Notes: generated by a model not told the origin, from the sequence alone. Positions 9,200 to 18,701 are shown, counted from the stretch's first letter. The stretch: DNA of 64,000 nt from an uncultured delta proteobacterium (GCA_963806225.1 CAWDXG010000004.1:3232001-3296000), one strand, 5' to 3'. Numbers and translations are program-made.

Positions 9200-10503
9200 T
9201 CGACACGCTGGGCGACGTGCAGATCGTGGCCCTGCGCTCGGAGGACGGCATCGCGATCGCCCGGGTGCGGGACGGCGCGGGCCGCGAGCTCGAGGTCGAA
9301 TGGTGGCAGGGGCGACCGGGACGCCCGAGCTACCGGGACGGCAGGCTCCTGCGCTTCGCCTACCGCACCGGAGCGCCGGGAACGACGGATCCCGAGCTCG
9401 TAGCCCGGGTCGTGGACATGCTGCTGGCCGACGAGGCACGCGTGGCGTCGCTCGAGCCAAGCGTCGCGGCCGGGCGGGAGGGATCGGGGCGCCTGCTGTT
9501 CCTGCGCGAGAAGGCCCTGGCTCTGAGCGTATCCCGGGCACTGCCCCGTTCCGGCTCGGTCGCGCAGGCTGTTCGCTCGGTGCTCGACCGCAAGGCAGCC
9601 GAGGGACCGCAGCTCGGCTGCGTGGCGCTCTACTTCGAAACCGCCTGCGAGCAGGCGTGCGAGTTCTGCGAAGAACCCGCCAAGCGCGATCGACCGCCTG
9701 CCCGCGTTGCGGCGCGGGCTCTGCGCGTGCAGCACGCGCTGGGCCTGGACCTGGTGTCGCAGGGAGTCGTCGACGCACTGCTCGAATGGATGGCAGCGCG
9801 GCCCGAGCCGATCGTGTTCCTGGTCACCGGACACGACTGGCTCCGGCACCCGCATCTGGATGCGCTGCTCGCATCGCTCGAGCGCAATCCCGGCGTACCG
9901 CTGCGCCTGCAGGGTCCGTCGTTGCAGTTCGACGACCCACAGCTGGCCCGCCGCGTTGCGGCACTACCCGGGCTGCTCTGTGTCGCGACCACGCTGCAGT
10001 CGCACGAGGCCAGCGAGCACGATGCGATCGTCGGGCGTCCCGGCGCGCACCACCGTCTGCTTGCCGCGCTCTCGTCACTCGACGATGCCGGCGTGCCCGT
10101 CGAGCTTGCCGTCGTGCTGACACGGCGCACGCTCGAGACGCTTCCCGCCACGCTCGCCTGGCTCGGCGAACGCAACCGGAGCGCGCAGCTCTATGCCTTC
10201 ATCCCCGATCGCGGGATGCGCGGCCGCGAATCTGCGCTCGCGCCACTGGACGAGCAGCGCGAAGCGCTGGCGGCCGCAGTCGGCGACGCCCGCGGTGCGG
10301 TCGCCGCGCTCGTGGGCGTCCCCGCCTGTGCCGTCCCCCCGGCGTTGCGCGACACGCTGGTGCAGGGCGTGGACGCCGATCGCCGCGAACGCGCCGCGTT
10401 CGATCGGGCCTGCGGGAGCTGCTCCGCCCGCGCACGCTGCGCCGGCGTCCCGCAGAGCTACCTTGCGCGCTTTGGCAGTCGCGGCTTCGAGCCCATCCCT
10501 TGA
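9196..10503 (+). CDS. Radical SAM protein (HxsC-like, divergent) with N-terminal accessory domain
   Basis: ACEQACEFC, HDAIVGRPGA and C-terminal CGSCSARARCAGV. GTG overlaps the upstream TGA. The GGEP motif is replaced by GHDW. Confidence 0.8.
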   Translation: MIDTLGDVQIVALRSEDGIAIARVRDGAGRELEVEWWQGRPGRPSYRDGRLLRFAYRTGAPGTTDPELVARVVDMLLADEARVASLEPSVAAGREGSGRLLFLREKALALSVSRALPRSGSVAQAVRSVLDRKAAEGPQLGCVALYFETACEQACEFCEEPAKRDRPPARVAARALRVQHALGLDLVSQGVVDALLEWMAARPEPIVFLVTGHDWLRHPHLDALLASLERNPGVPLRLQGPSLQFDDPQLARRVAALPGLLCVATTLQSHEASEHDAIVGRPGAHHRLLAALSSLDDAGVPVELAVVLTRRTLETLPATLAWLGERNRSAQLYAFIPDRGMRGRESALAPLDEQREALAAAVGDARGAVAALVGVPACAVPPALRDTLVQGVDADRRERAAFDRACGSCSARARCAGVPQSYLARFGSRGFEPIP

Positions 10504-12315
10504 TCAGATCGAGGGCGGTCGCGGCCTGAGCTCGTCGGCCCCGTACAGGGCGGCGTATCCGCTCCTCAGACCATAGCAGCGGTTCGAGAGCCCGCACGAA
10601 GCGCACGGCTCGGGCTTGACGAACTCGCCGCGGTCGATCCCTTCGGGGACCTCCGCAAGACCGAGATACTCCTCGAGCACCTCCGGGACGAGGCAGAGCG
10701 GCATTCCACACATCGATTCGAAGCCACCGATGACGACGCCGAGCTCGTTTCCCAGCCGGATGCCCTCGGCCATCGACGGCAGCACGTCGGAGTAGCGCGG
10801 CACCAGCTCCGGCGTGCGCGGGACCACGTCGGTCGACGCCGCGACGAAGGAGACGGTGAGCCGTGCGCGGGGCCAGCGTCCGGCGACCATGCGCACGTAG
10901 TCGGGGAAGTCGCGGTAGTTCTTCTGGCAGAAGACGAAATTCAGCCGCACGGCGATCGGGCTCTGGCAGAGCGTGTCGATACCGCGCACCGTCTTGTCGA
11001 AGGTGCCGGGCACCTCGGTCACGGCGTCGGAGACGGCTGCGTTCGAACCGTGCAGCGAGACGAACGCAACGTCCACTCCCGCGTCGGCGAGCGCGCGCGT
11101 CAGCTCCGCGTCCTCCAGCCGCGTTGCGTTGGTCTGCAGCTCGACGCTGCGCGCCCCCGATTGCCTGGCGAGCTTGACGTAGTCGACCAGCTCCGGGTTC
11201 AGCGTGGGCTCTCCCCCGGACAGCGCGACAGCGCCGCCGGCCCGGCCGGCCTCGACGATGGCGCCGCGCACCGCCTCCCCTTCCGCAGCCGGGAGATGCG
11301 TGGACACGAAACAGAAGTCGCACGCCTGGTTGCAGCGGAAGTTGACCCGGACGGTGTGCATGGGCAGCGTCGTCCCGTCCGGCTGCCGCGCCACCTCGTA
11401 GCTGACGAGCTCGCGGGCGATCTGGTCTTCGACGGAGGAGATGACGCTCAACCGGCGCCTCAAACGGTCGCTCGCGATCGGCGAGAGCTCCGGCGTGCCC
11501 GGACGCTCCAGCGCAGCCCGGGGCACCCCCGGACAGCGGTCCTCGACCTGGCACGACGAGCACGCCGCGACGCTCGCGTAGCCGGGCCGCGGAGGCCCGC
11601 CGCGCGTCATCGCGAACAGATGGGCGACGCGATCCGGGCGCGGGAAGACGCACGGAGGGATCTGCGGATCCTGGCCCAGGCGCACGGGCAACCCGAGCAC
11701 GCGGGCCCGGTTCTCGACGGCTGCGATCGCCTCGGCGGCGTCGGACAGACCGGCCAGCTCGTCCGGTTCCGGCGCATCCAGCGGAACACCGAGCACCAGG
11801 CACGAGACATCGACTCCGTCAGCGACCAGTCCACCGGGCACGTCCACAACGGCGTCGAGGTTGCGCTTCACGACCGGGACGGCCACTTCGATGCGCAAGC
11901 CGGCGTCGGCCAGCGCGCGGAGCCCGCGACGGAGCGCAGCGAACCCGCCCGGATCCCGCGTCAACTCGTCGAGCGCGTTCCCCCACCTCGGCACGTGCAC
12001 GCGAGCCACGTCCAGGCCGGCCTCGGCCAACCCGCGGGCCCGTTCCTCCGTGATCGAGGTCGCGTTCGTCTCCAGCACGACGCGTTCGACGCCGAGCCGG
12101 CGCGCCCGCGCGACCAGCGGGGCGATGTCGCGCCTGAGCGTCGGCTCGCCGCCCGTGATCACGATCTCGGTGGCGCCCTCTCGCTGGGCCGCGGCAAGCC
12201 GGGCCGCCACCGCCCGGGGCTGCACGAAGGCCGGGTCGTCGCGGGGCCGCCGCGCGTTGCAGAACACGCAGTTCTGGTTGCACGTGCGATTCGTGAGCAG
12301 GCGCGCGGTTCTCAT
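10504..12315 (-). CDS. Tandem double radical SAM protein (two HxsC-like domains)
   Basis: Two CxxxCxxC motifs (TCNQNCVFC; RCNQACDFC), two GGEPT motifs, and two CxxC-x5-C tails (CSSCQVEDRC; CASCGLSNRC). Confidence 0.92.
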   Translation of the reverse strand: MRTARLLTNRTCNQNCVFCNARRPRDDPAFVQPRAVAARLAAAQREGATEIVITGGEPTLRRDIAPLVARARRLGVERVVLETNATSITEERARGLAEAGLDVARVHVPRWGNALDELTRDPGGFAALRRGLRALADAGLRIEVAVPVVKRNLDAVVDVPGGLVADGVDVSCLVLGVPLDAPEPDELAGLSDAAEAIAAVENRARVLGLPVRLGQDPQIPPCVFPRPDRVAHLFAMTRGGPPRPGYASVAACSSCQVEDRCPGVPRAALERPGTPELSPIASDRLRRRLSVISSVEDQIARELVSYEVARQPDGTTLPMHTVRVNFRCNQACDFCFVSTHLPAAEGEAVRGAIVEAGRAGGAVALSGGEPTLNPELVDYVKLARQSGARSVELQTNATRLEDAELTRALADAGVDVAFVSLHGSNAAVSDAVTEVPGTFDKTVRGIDTLCQSPIAVRLNFVFCQKNYRDFPDYVRMVAGRWPRARLTVSFVAASTDVVPRTPELVPRYSDVLPSMAEGIRLGNELGVVIGGFESMCGMPLCLVPEVLEEYLGLAEVPEGIDRGEFVKPEPCASCGLSNRCYGLRSGYAALYGADELRPRPPSI

Positions 12316-12337
12316 CGACCCCCGTCGATCCGTGCGC

Positions 12338-14014
12338 TCACCCGTCGCCGGACGCGAGTGCGACAGGCGGCAGGACGGGCTCGAGCTCCTTGTAGCCGTG
12401 AGCGCGGACGAAATTGATGTGTACGCCCTTGCAGTCGCCGTCGTACCGGCAGCCCCGGCAGCGACGGCTCTTGGTGTAGAAGCGATCCGCCACGTAGCGC
12501 TGCGTGTACCTCGGCATGTCGATGCGCGCGTCGGCGCCTAGCATGCCGCCGTCGAGGAAACGCCCGACGCTCTCTGGCTCGCGCCCCCCGATGCACGCTG
12601 GGATGTTCTCCGTGCGCGCTCCTTCCGGCAGCGAGGCGCATAGCTGTCGCAGCTCGATGTCGTTCCTGCGCTGGTCGGTGACGCGGTCGTAGTTCGGCTG
12701 GATGACGACCAGTCGCGCCGGGGGCACCTTGTCGAGCGCGGGCGCGGTGCTCCGGTTGGCGTACACGGCGAGCGTGAAGTCCCCGTCGATGCCCAGCAAG
12801 GCGTCGAGCTGTTCGAGGCTGCGCACGTAGCAGCGCTCGAGCCCAAAGCCCGCAAAGCGCCCCTCGGCGTCCAACGCCTCGCCCAGGGCGCCGTAGTCGG
12901 GCAGCTCCAACCAGACGCTCTCCGCGCCGGCGCGCTTGGCCAGACGCTCTGCCTCGGCAAGATCGGCCGCCACGACGTAGGCAGCACGCGCTCTGGGCAA
13001 TTGACCGGCGATGGGCGCCGGCTCGGTCATGCGCAGCACGTCGACCTCGGGCTGCCGCCGCTCCTCCAGCACCTCGTCCAGCGTGTCGCAGAGCTGGTTC
13101 AGGTAGCAGTAGTGACAGCGCTCCGGCTCGCGGCAGTGCAGCTTCTCGCCGACGGACAGGTAGCGGTCGTATTCCTCGCGGCGACCGCGCACCTCGTCGT
13201 TCATCTTGTACGGATCCTGGATCAGATCCTCGAACCCCTCGGTGTACGGCGGCGGGAAGCGATTGAGCCAGATGTGGATGTCCGGCCGTCGCGAGTACTC
13301 CATCGCCTGCCTGAGGGCCTCTTCGTTGCCCTCGAGGTCGTAGAACAGGTGTTCCTTGGCCATGCCCCAGGCGTTGCCGAACGGGATGATGTGGAGCAGG
13401 TCGAACTCCTGTACGCCCCAGCCGATGAACGTCTCGAGCATCTCCGGCAGGTGCTTCACGTTCTGCTTGTTGATGACGATGTCGACATTGACGATGAAAC
13501 GATCGGAGGCCAGCGCTGCTTTCAGACCTGCCGTCTCCTGCACGAACGCGCCGGGCGTCCCTACCAGTGCATCGTGGAGCTTCGGAGTGTGGCCGTGCAG
13601 CGAGAACGTGATCTCGTCCAGGCCGTTGTCGGCGGCGGTCTCGAGGAACTCCGGGTAGGCGAACATCCGCCCGTTGGTCACGGTCTGGACCTTCGGGTAC
13701 CCCGCGCGCTTGCCGAGCTTGACGAAGTCGAGGAAGTTTGGATGCATCGTCGGCTCGCCGCCGCTCAGGATGAGACGCGCCGCACCCTTCTTGCGCCCCT
13801 CGACGATCTGCACCTTCACGTCCATGATGCCGCGCATGGTCCCGTTGTGGGCCAGCGTATCGAGGCAGAACGTGCAGTGATTGTTGCAGTCGTAGGTGAG
13901 CCGCACCCAGTTGCGCTTCTCGTGGGCGGCCTCTTCGTGGTCGGCGACCTTCTCGAGCTCGTCCTCGGCCGAGGTCAGCGTGTTGGGGGCGACGGCGTCG
14001 TGCTCGGCGATCAT
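12338..14014 (-). CDS. Radical SAM protein, HxsC4-like maturase
   Basis: RNWVRLTYDCNNHCTFCLD, LSGGEPT, internal C..CHYC..C and terminal CRGCRYDGDC. ATG overlaps the methyltransferase stop. In operon with the HxS precursor. Confidence 0.85.
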   Translation of the reverse strand: MIAEHDAVAPNTLTSAEDELEKVADHEEAAHEKRNWVRLTYDCNNHCTFCLDTLAHNGTMRGIMDVKVQIVEGRKKGAARLILSGGEPTMHPNFLDFVKLGKRAGYPKVQTVTNGRMFAYPEFLETAADNGLDEITFSLHGHTPKLHDALVGTPGAFVQETAGLKAALASDRFIVNVDIVINKQNVKHLPEMLETFIGWGVQEFDLLHIIPFGNAWGMAKEHLFYDLEGNEEALRQAMEYSRRPDIHIWLNRFPPPYTEGFEDLIQDPYKMNDEVRGRREEYDRYLSVGEKLHCREPERCHYCYLNQLCDTLDEVLEERRQPEVDVLRMTEPAPIAGQLPRARAAYVVAADLAEAERLAKRAGAESVWLELPDYGALGEALDAEGRFAGFGLERCYVRSLEQLDALLGIDGDFTLAVYANRSTAPALDKVPPARLVVIQPNYDRVTDQRRNDIELRQLCASLPEGARTENIPACIGGREPESVGRFLDGGMLGADARIDMPRYTQRYVADRFYTKSRRCRGCRYDGDCKGVHINFVRAHGYKELEPVLPPVALASGDG

Positions 14015-14958
14015 GCGGATGCCTCCGTGGTCTTCTGATAGCAGAGGAGCCACTGATTGCTCGTGGCGGGGCCGACATCCTGCCTTTCCAGAAGCGAGAG
14101 CGGGTATTTCCCGAACAGGCGGGCCGCTTCCAGCGAGGAGTCGTTCCGGAAATGTTCGAACAAGCCGGGACCGCGCTCGGCGCGCCGCGCGTGCTCCCGC
14201 GAACGGACCAGCCCGAAGGCAATGTTGTCGACGACGAGCAGCGTGCCTCCCGGCGACAGCAGGCCGACGGCGATGTCCAGATCCGCCTCGGGATCGGGCA
14301 GGTGGTTGTAGCTGCGCAGCACCAGCACATGATCGAAGCGCGCGCCTTCGCCCGCCAGGTCGGCCAGCGTACCGACCCGGTAGCGCGCCCAGGGGTGACG
14401 CGAGGCCAGCAGCTCGACGCGTCCTCTGTCGGGATCCAGTCCGAGATAGGTCGCGCGTCCTGCCCGGACGCTTCCGGCCAGCTCCGCGGCGTAGGGCCCT
14501 TCGCCGGCACCCACGTCGAGCACCTTCCCCTCGAGCTTCCGGAGCAGTTGTCGCACCCGCTCTTCGTCCTCCGTGAAGGGGTCCCCGGGCACCTTGACCC
14601 AGCATCCGCCGCACTCGCTGCGCCGCCCACACGTGACGCACTCGCGCGACAGCGCGAGCTTCTTGAGATCGCGCGCGAAATCGTCCGGAGCGAGCTTGGA
14701 CGACACGTCCGCGTACACCTGCCCCAACTCCTGCTTGATGCGCTGCAGATCCAGATCGGAAAAGTCAGTACTCCGCGTCCGGTACAGACGCATCCGGTCG
14801 CGAAGCCGCAGAAACAGCGTACGACCCGGATCCAGCGCTCCCGGGGCAGGATCGGCGATGGCCGGCTCCGCGAGCGGACACGCCGCGCCGGCCGCCCGCG
14901 GAATGTCCATCACCGGCTCGTAGTTCCAGGAGTTCGAACGCGCTGCGACCCTCACCAC
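14011..14958 (-). CDS. Class I SAM-dependent methyltransferase with N-terminal Cys cluster
   Basis: VLDVGAGEG motif I, FDHV and LSPGGTLLV, preceded by CVTCGRRSECGGC. Start uncertain. Confidence 0.85.
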   Translation of the reverse strand: MVRVAARSNSWNYEPVMDIPRAAGAACPLAEPAIADPAPGALDPGRTLFLRLRDRMRLYRTRSTDFSDLDLQRIKQELGQVYADVSSKLAPDDFARDLKKLALSRECVTCGRRSECGGCWVKVPGDPFTEDEERVRQLLRKLEGKVLDVGAGEGPYAAELAGSVRAGRATYLGLDPDRGRVELLASRHPWARYRVGTLADLAGEGARFDHVLVLRSYNHLPDPEADLDIAVGLLSPGGTLLVVDNIAFGLVRSREHARRAERGPGLFEHFRNDSSLEAARLFGKYPLSLLERQDVGPATSNQWLLCYQKTTEASA

Positions 14959-15026
14959 GGCACAAACGTTACCAGAAATGTGACGTAACGGCAGGTACGC
15001 GGTGCTGTCCGGAGCAGGAACCCGGA

Positions 15027-15329
15027 CTACCAGGAGCCGTGGCTACCGTGGCTACCGTGGCTGCCGTGACTGCCGTGGCTGCCGTGGCTACCGTGGCTGC
15101 CGTGACTGCCGTGGCTGCCGTGGCTGCCGTGGCTGCCGTGGCTGCCGTGGCTGCCGTGCGAACAGTGCTGCGCGAGGATCACACCGCCAGGATCGTCGCC
15201 GAGGCCCGGAGCCTGCTCGCAGTTGTCGCGCGCCTTGTCGATCACGGCATCCTCGGACTTGCTGAGCATGCCGCGTGCGCTGCGGGTGAAGCTCGGCAAG
15301 CGACCAGGTATTTGCTTTCCGTTGCTCAT
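15027..15329 (-). CDS. hxsA: His-Xaa-Ser repeat precursor peptide (HxsA-type)
   Basis: 54-aa leader followed by HCS, 14x HGS and a terminal W. Co-oriented with, and overlapping the stop of, the HxsD-like gene. Confidence 0.93.
   Translation of the reverse strand: MSNGKQIPGRLPSFTRSARGMLSKSEDAVIDKARDNCEQAPGLGDDPGGVILAQHCSHGSHGSHGSHGSHGSHGSHGSHGSHGSHGSHGSHGSHGSHGSW
15033..15158 (-). repeat. 9-bp coding tandem repeat x14 (CAC GGY AGY/TCC) encoding HGS
   Basis: Direct reading. All unit variants are synonymous in the HGS frame. Confidence 0.97.
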
Positions 15330-15580
15330 CGTTCCCCCGTCACGGGTTCTGGCGCTGGACGCGCCTCCGACTGCCGTTCTTCGATTGTCGCGCCCAGAGC
15401 GTAGTTCGAGAATTCATCAGCGATCGTATGTTCATCGAACTCTCCGGTCGCGGTGATGCGGACCCTGTACGCCTCGTTCGTCTTGTCCAACTCGAAGCTC
15501 GCGTAGTCCGCGTACACCTGGACCGCCGAGTCGATGGCAGTGCCCGAATACAGATCGGAGCTGTAGTCGATCTCGATCAT
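15326..15580 (-). CDS. HxsD-like protein
   Basis: 84 aa, DLYSGTAIDSAVQVYADYA...ADEFSNYAL. Sits between hxsD and the precursor with coupled starts and stops. Confidence 0.85.
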   Translation of the reverse strand: MIEIDYSSDLYSGTAIDSAVQVYADYASFELDKTNEAYRVRITATGEFDEHTIADEFSNYALGATIEERQSEARPAPEPVTGER

Positions 15581-16104
15581 CGCGCACTCCCCGCTGCGGA
15601 GGATTTTCCCTCGCCGGCCGGCGGCTCCCCGGAGCTCGAAGGTTCTTCGGGCTCTTCCTCTTCGCTCCCGCCGCTCGGCTTGCCCTTCTTCTTGTACTTC
15701 TCTTCCCAGCTCATCGCGATGCCCAGTGGATCCTCGAAGGCGGTGTCGTCGTCGATGTCCATCGACATCAGGTCGTCGAGGCCCGGCGGCCCTGCGGCGC
15801 CGGCAAGCGCCTGCGTCGTTACCTGTTCGATCAGCTCGCGGTTCTCGTCGATGATCTGCCGCCGCCAGGCCTGCCCGAGGATCTCGTTCTCGAACTCGCC
15901 TGCGAGATCATCGAGAGCGCGCTTGACGCCTTCTTTGAGCTTCAGGCGCACCGAGATGCGACCGGGGCTCGGCCGATCGAGGTGGACGTAGCAGCGATCG
16001 ATGAAGATGTACGCCGCGCCGTAGACGGCGTCCTTCGGATACAGGCCCTCGTCGAACTCCAGCGTGAGGGCGTCACCGTCGTGCGATGTGCTGATATCGG
16101 ACAT
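15577..16104 (-). CDS. hxsD: His-Xaa-Ser system protein HxsD
   Basis: LYPKDAVYGAAYIFIDRCYVHL...GEFENEIL...R..I...RELI...AL and DPLGIA.WEEKY pattern typical of HxsD. Confidence 0.88.
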   Translation of the reverse strand: MSDISTSHDGDALTLEFDEGLYPKDAVYGAAYIFIDRCYVHLDRPSPGRISVRLKLKEGVKRALDDLAGEFENEILGQAWRRQIIDENRELIEQVTTQALAGAAGPPGLDDLMSMDIDDDTAFEDPLGIAMSWEEKYKKKGKPSGGSEEEEPEEPSSSGEPPAGEGKSSAAGSAR

Positions 16105-16114
16105 GTGGCTCGTA

Positions 16115-17830
16115 CTACTTGCTGACCGCGAGCGTGAACTGATCGCATTCGGGGTCCGGATTGCCGCTCGTCGCGGCCGGAATGCTGGTGCGGGTGATCT
16201 TGACGTACAGCGTCGTCGGCACGATGGAGTGGTCGGTCTTGCACACCGACGCCTGGCAAGCACTGGCGAAGTTCATCGACCAGTCGGTGATGTTGTTGCC
16301 GTTGGTGACGCTGCCGCTCGGCAGGCTACCGCCGGTTCCGGGGCATGAAACCGCCGTGCTGCAGTTGGCCAGCACGTCCATGCGATATTCCGTACCACCC
16401 TGCGTGAGCTGGATGCGCGGATTGAAGTTGCTGCCTGGGCTCGGCTTGGAGAACGAGACCTTGTACCACACGGCGGCGTTCGAGGTGATGATCTGGCCCG
16501 TGCTGTTGGACGGGACCGCCACGGTCGAGGCCGAAGCGCATGCGTTGATGGTGGGATTCTGCGAGCAGGTCTGCGTCTCGCAGCCGTCGCAATAGTTGCC
16601 GTTGTTGTCGTGATAGCCCGGCGCGCAGCCACCGGCCGGGATCGAGCAGGCACCGTTGCACGCGATGGTGTTCACGTGCGGGAAAGACGTCGGGGTGCCG
16701 GGGCAATCGCGACCGCACATGGTCGCGACGGGATCGTTGTCCGGACTGCCGTCACAGTCGTCATCCTTGCCGTCGCAGTGCTCCAGCTGGCTTCCGGGGC
16801 TGATGTTCGCGATGCAGGACTGTTGGCCGCCCGCGCACTGCGTATGACCGGCAGCGCAGATCCCCTGGTCGCCGCTGTTGCACGCGACCGAAGTGATGTT
16901 GTCGTCGATGCTGCCGTTGCAGTCGTTGTCCTTGCCGTCGCAGACCTCGCTCGATGCCGTATTCAACTGCGTGCAACCGAGCTGACCGTTCTGGCAGTCC
17001 GTGACGCCGGCCGCGCAGACGCCGTTCTTGCCCGTGTTGCAACTCGCGCCGCCTCCGGGGTTGCCCTCGTCGGTCTGGCCGTCGCAGTTATCGTCCTGGC
17101 CGTTGCACTTCTCGCTGGGCAGGGCGGTGTAGTTCTGGTTGCAGACGAGCTTGCCGTTTACGCAGTTCTTCGTGCCCGAAGCACAGATGCCCGGGAGACC
17201 GGTGTCGCAGGCCACGTTGCCGCCGGGATTGCCTTCGTCGGTCTGACCGTCGCAGTTGTTGTCGAGACCGTCGCAGATCTCGTTCGACGGCTGGTTGTCC
17301 GCTACGCAGTCGACCGCACCCTTGGCCGAGATGCAGTGCTTGTGTCCCGCCGCGCACACACCCTTCGCATTGGGGACCGTGCAGGGATCTCCCCCGCCCG
17401 GATCGCCCTCGTCGATCTTGCCGTTGCAGTTGTCGTCCAGCCCGTTGCAGCTCTCCGGAATCGAGCTGCAGCCACCGGTACCGCTGCCACCGGTGCCGCT
17501 GCCGCCCGCGCCGGCAATGCCGCCCGCCCCGGCCGGTCCGCCGTCGGTGCCGGCGCTGCCGTCCACAGCCGCGTCTCCCGCGGCGCCGCCGGCGCCACCG
17601 CCATCCACCGCGCCTCCGGCGCCCCCCGTGGTCCCGCCGGAGCCACCGCCAGAGCCTCCCATGCCGCTCCCGGAGGCTCCGCCACCTCCGTCCTGACCGG
17701 CAGAGCCTCCAGTGCCCGGACTGGTCTGGGCTTCGCTCCCCGAAGCGCAGCCACCGGCCATCAGGCCAAGCAGTGCGCTGGTCGACCCGATTGCGATCAA
17801 ACGACGGACGATGACGAGTTTGCGGGACAT
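16115..17830 (-). CDS. Cys-rich lipoprotein with five putative metal-binding (MopE-related) repeats
   Basis: Lipobox-like MAGGC, Gly-rich linker, and five ExC[DN]GxD[DN][ND]C[DN]GxxD repeats. Confidence 0.85.
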   Translation of the reverse strand: MSRKLVIVRRLIAIGSTSALLGLMAGGCASGSEAQTSPGTGGSAGQDGGGGASGSGMGGSGGGSGGTTGGAGGAVDGGGAGGAAGDAAVDGSAGTDGGPAGAGGIAGAGGSGTGGSGTGGCSSIPESCNGLDDNCNGKIDEGDPGGGDPCTVPNAKGVCAAGHKHCISAKGAVDCVADNQPSNEICDGLDNNCDGQTDEGNPGGNVACDTGLPGICASGTKNCVNGKLVCNQNYTALPSEKCNGQDDNCDGQTDEGNPGGGASCNTGKNGVCAAGVTDCQNGQLGCTQLNTASSEVCDGKDNDCNGSIDDNITSVACNSGDQGICAAGHTQCAGGQQSCIANISPGSQLEHCDGKDDDCDGSPDNDPVATMCGRDCPGTPTSFPHVNTIACNGACSIPAGGCAPGYHDNNGNYCDGCETQTCSQNPTINACASASTVAVPSNSTGQIITSNAAVWYKVSFSKPSPGSNFNPRIQLTQGGTEYRMDVLANCSTAVSCPGTGGSLPSGSVTNGNNITDWSMNFASACQASVCKTDHSIVPTTLYVKITRTSIPAATSGNPDPECDQFTLAVSK

Positions 17831-17861
17831 TGCGGCTACCCCTTGAGGAAGATGCTGCGGT

Positions 17862-18686
17862 TCACCATCCCGCACCCGGGGATGTGTGTTGGTCGAAGGG
17901 CGATGGCGGTTGTGACGCCGGGAGGGTCTCGTGCCCGGCGAGCGCACCCGGACCGAGGCCTCCTCCTGCTGGCCCGGGCTGTACCGGACCCAGCCCGGCA
18001 AACCAGTGCTCCACCCCGTGTTCGCTCGAGAGCTCGAAGTCCGGCGCGGAAGATGCCAGACCAAGCGTCCGTGCGAGCTCCAGAGCGCGCGTGAGGTGCG
18101 GCCACACCATGCGCTTGTCGGGCACCAGGCGCGAAGCGTTGTCGCGACCTGCACCCAGAGGCTGCGCGAGCACGAGGCGTACCGCCTGCGCGCCGAGAGC
18201 ATGCGCGACTCTCACGACCCCGGAGAGATGGCGGAAGTTGGAGCGGGTCACCACGACGTTGATGCCGAGCTCCAGGCGCGCGGCCCGCGCGCGCCGGATC
18301 CCGAGCACCGTCTGGCGGAAGCTACCCGCTTGTCCCATGTGGTAGTCGTGGACCGGTTCGCTGTCGCCCGAGAGCGACACGTCCAGCGAGCTGACGCCGG
18401 CCTTCGCCAACCTCTGGGCAACACCCGGCTCCGCGAGCTGGCGCGCATGGGTCTGCACGACGATACGGGACACGCCGCGTTCGCGCGCCCGCTCGACCAG
18501 CTCGACCAGTCTGTCGAAAAGCGTGGGCTCGCCGCCAATGAACGCGAGTGTCTCGTGCACCGGTGCTCTGTCGACCTGGGCTGCCAGCGCCTCGAACGAG
18601 CCGGGCGACTCCGTTTCCCGAAGCCGACCCTGGGCGCACAGCGCGCAGGTGCTATCGCAGTAGAAGCCCAGCTCGACGAGATGCAC
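17862..18686 (-). CDS. Short radical SAM protein, HxsC-like
   Basis: YCDSTCALC, FIGGEPT and VHDYH..GSF. Lacks a C-terminal Cys cluster. Confidence 0.85.
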   Translation of the reverse strand: MHLVELGFYCDSTCALCAQGRLRETESPGSFEALAAQVDRAPVHETLAFIGGEPTLFDRLVELVERARERGVSRIVVQTHARQLAEPGVAQRLAKAGVSSLDVSLSGDSEPVHDYHMGQAGSFRQTVLGIRRARAARLELGINVVVTRSNFRHLSGVVRVAHALGAQAVRLVLAQPLGAGRDNASRLVPDKRMVWPHLTRALELARTLGLASSAPDFELSSEHGVEHWFAGLGPVQPGPAGGGLGPGALAGHETLPASQPPSPFDQHTSPGAGW

Positions 18687-18701
18687 GCTTCAACGCCTCC
18701 T

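Noticed and set aside
15002..15404. Plus-strand ORFs with CRG or VAA repeats as alternative peptides
   Set aside because: They are antisense shadows of the HGS repeat. Variation is synonymous only in the minus-strand HGS frame, which is also operonic with hxsD.
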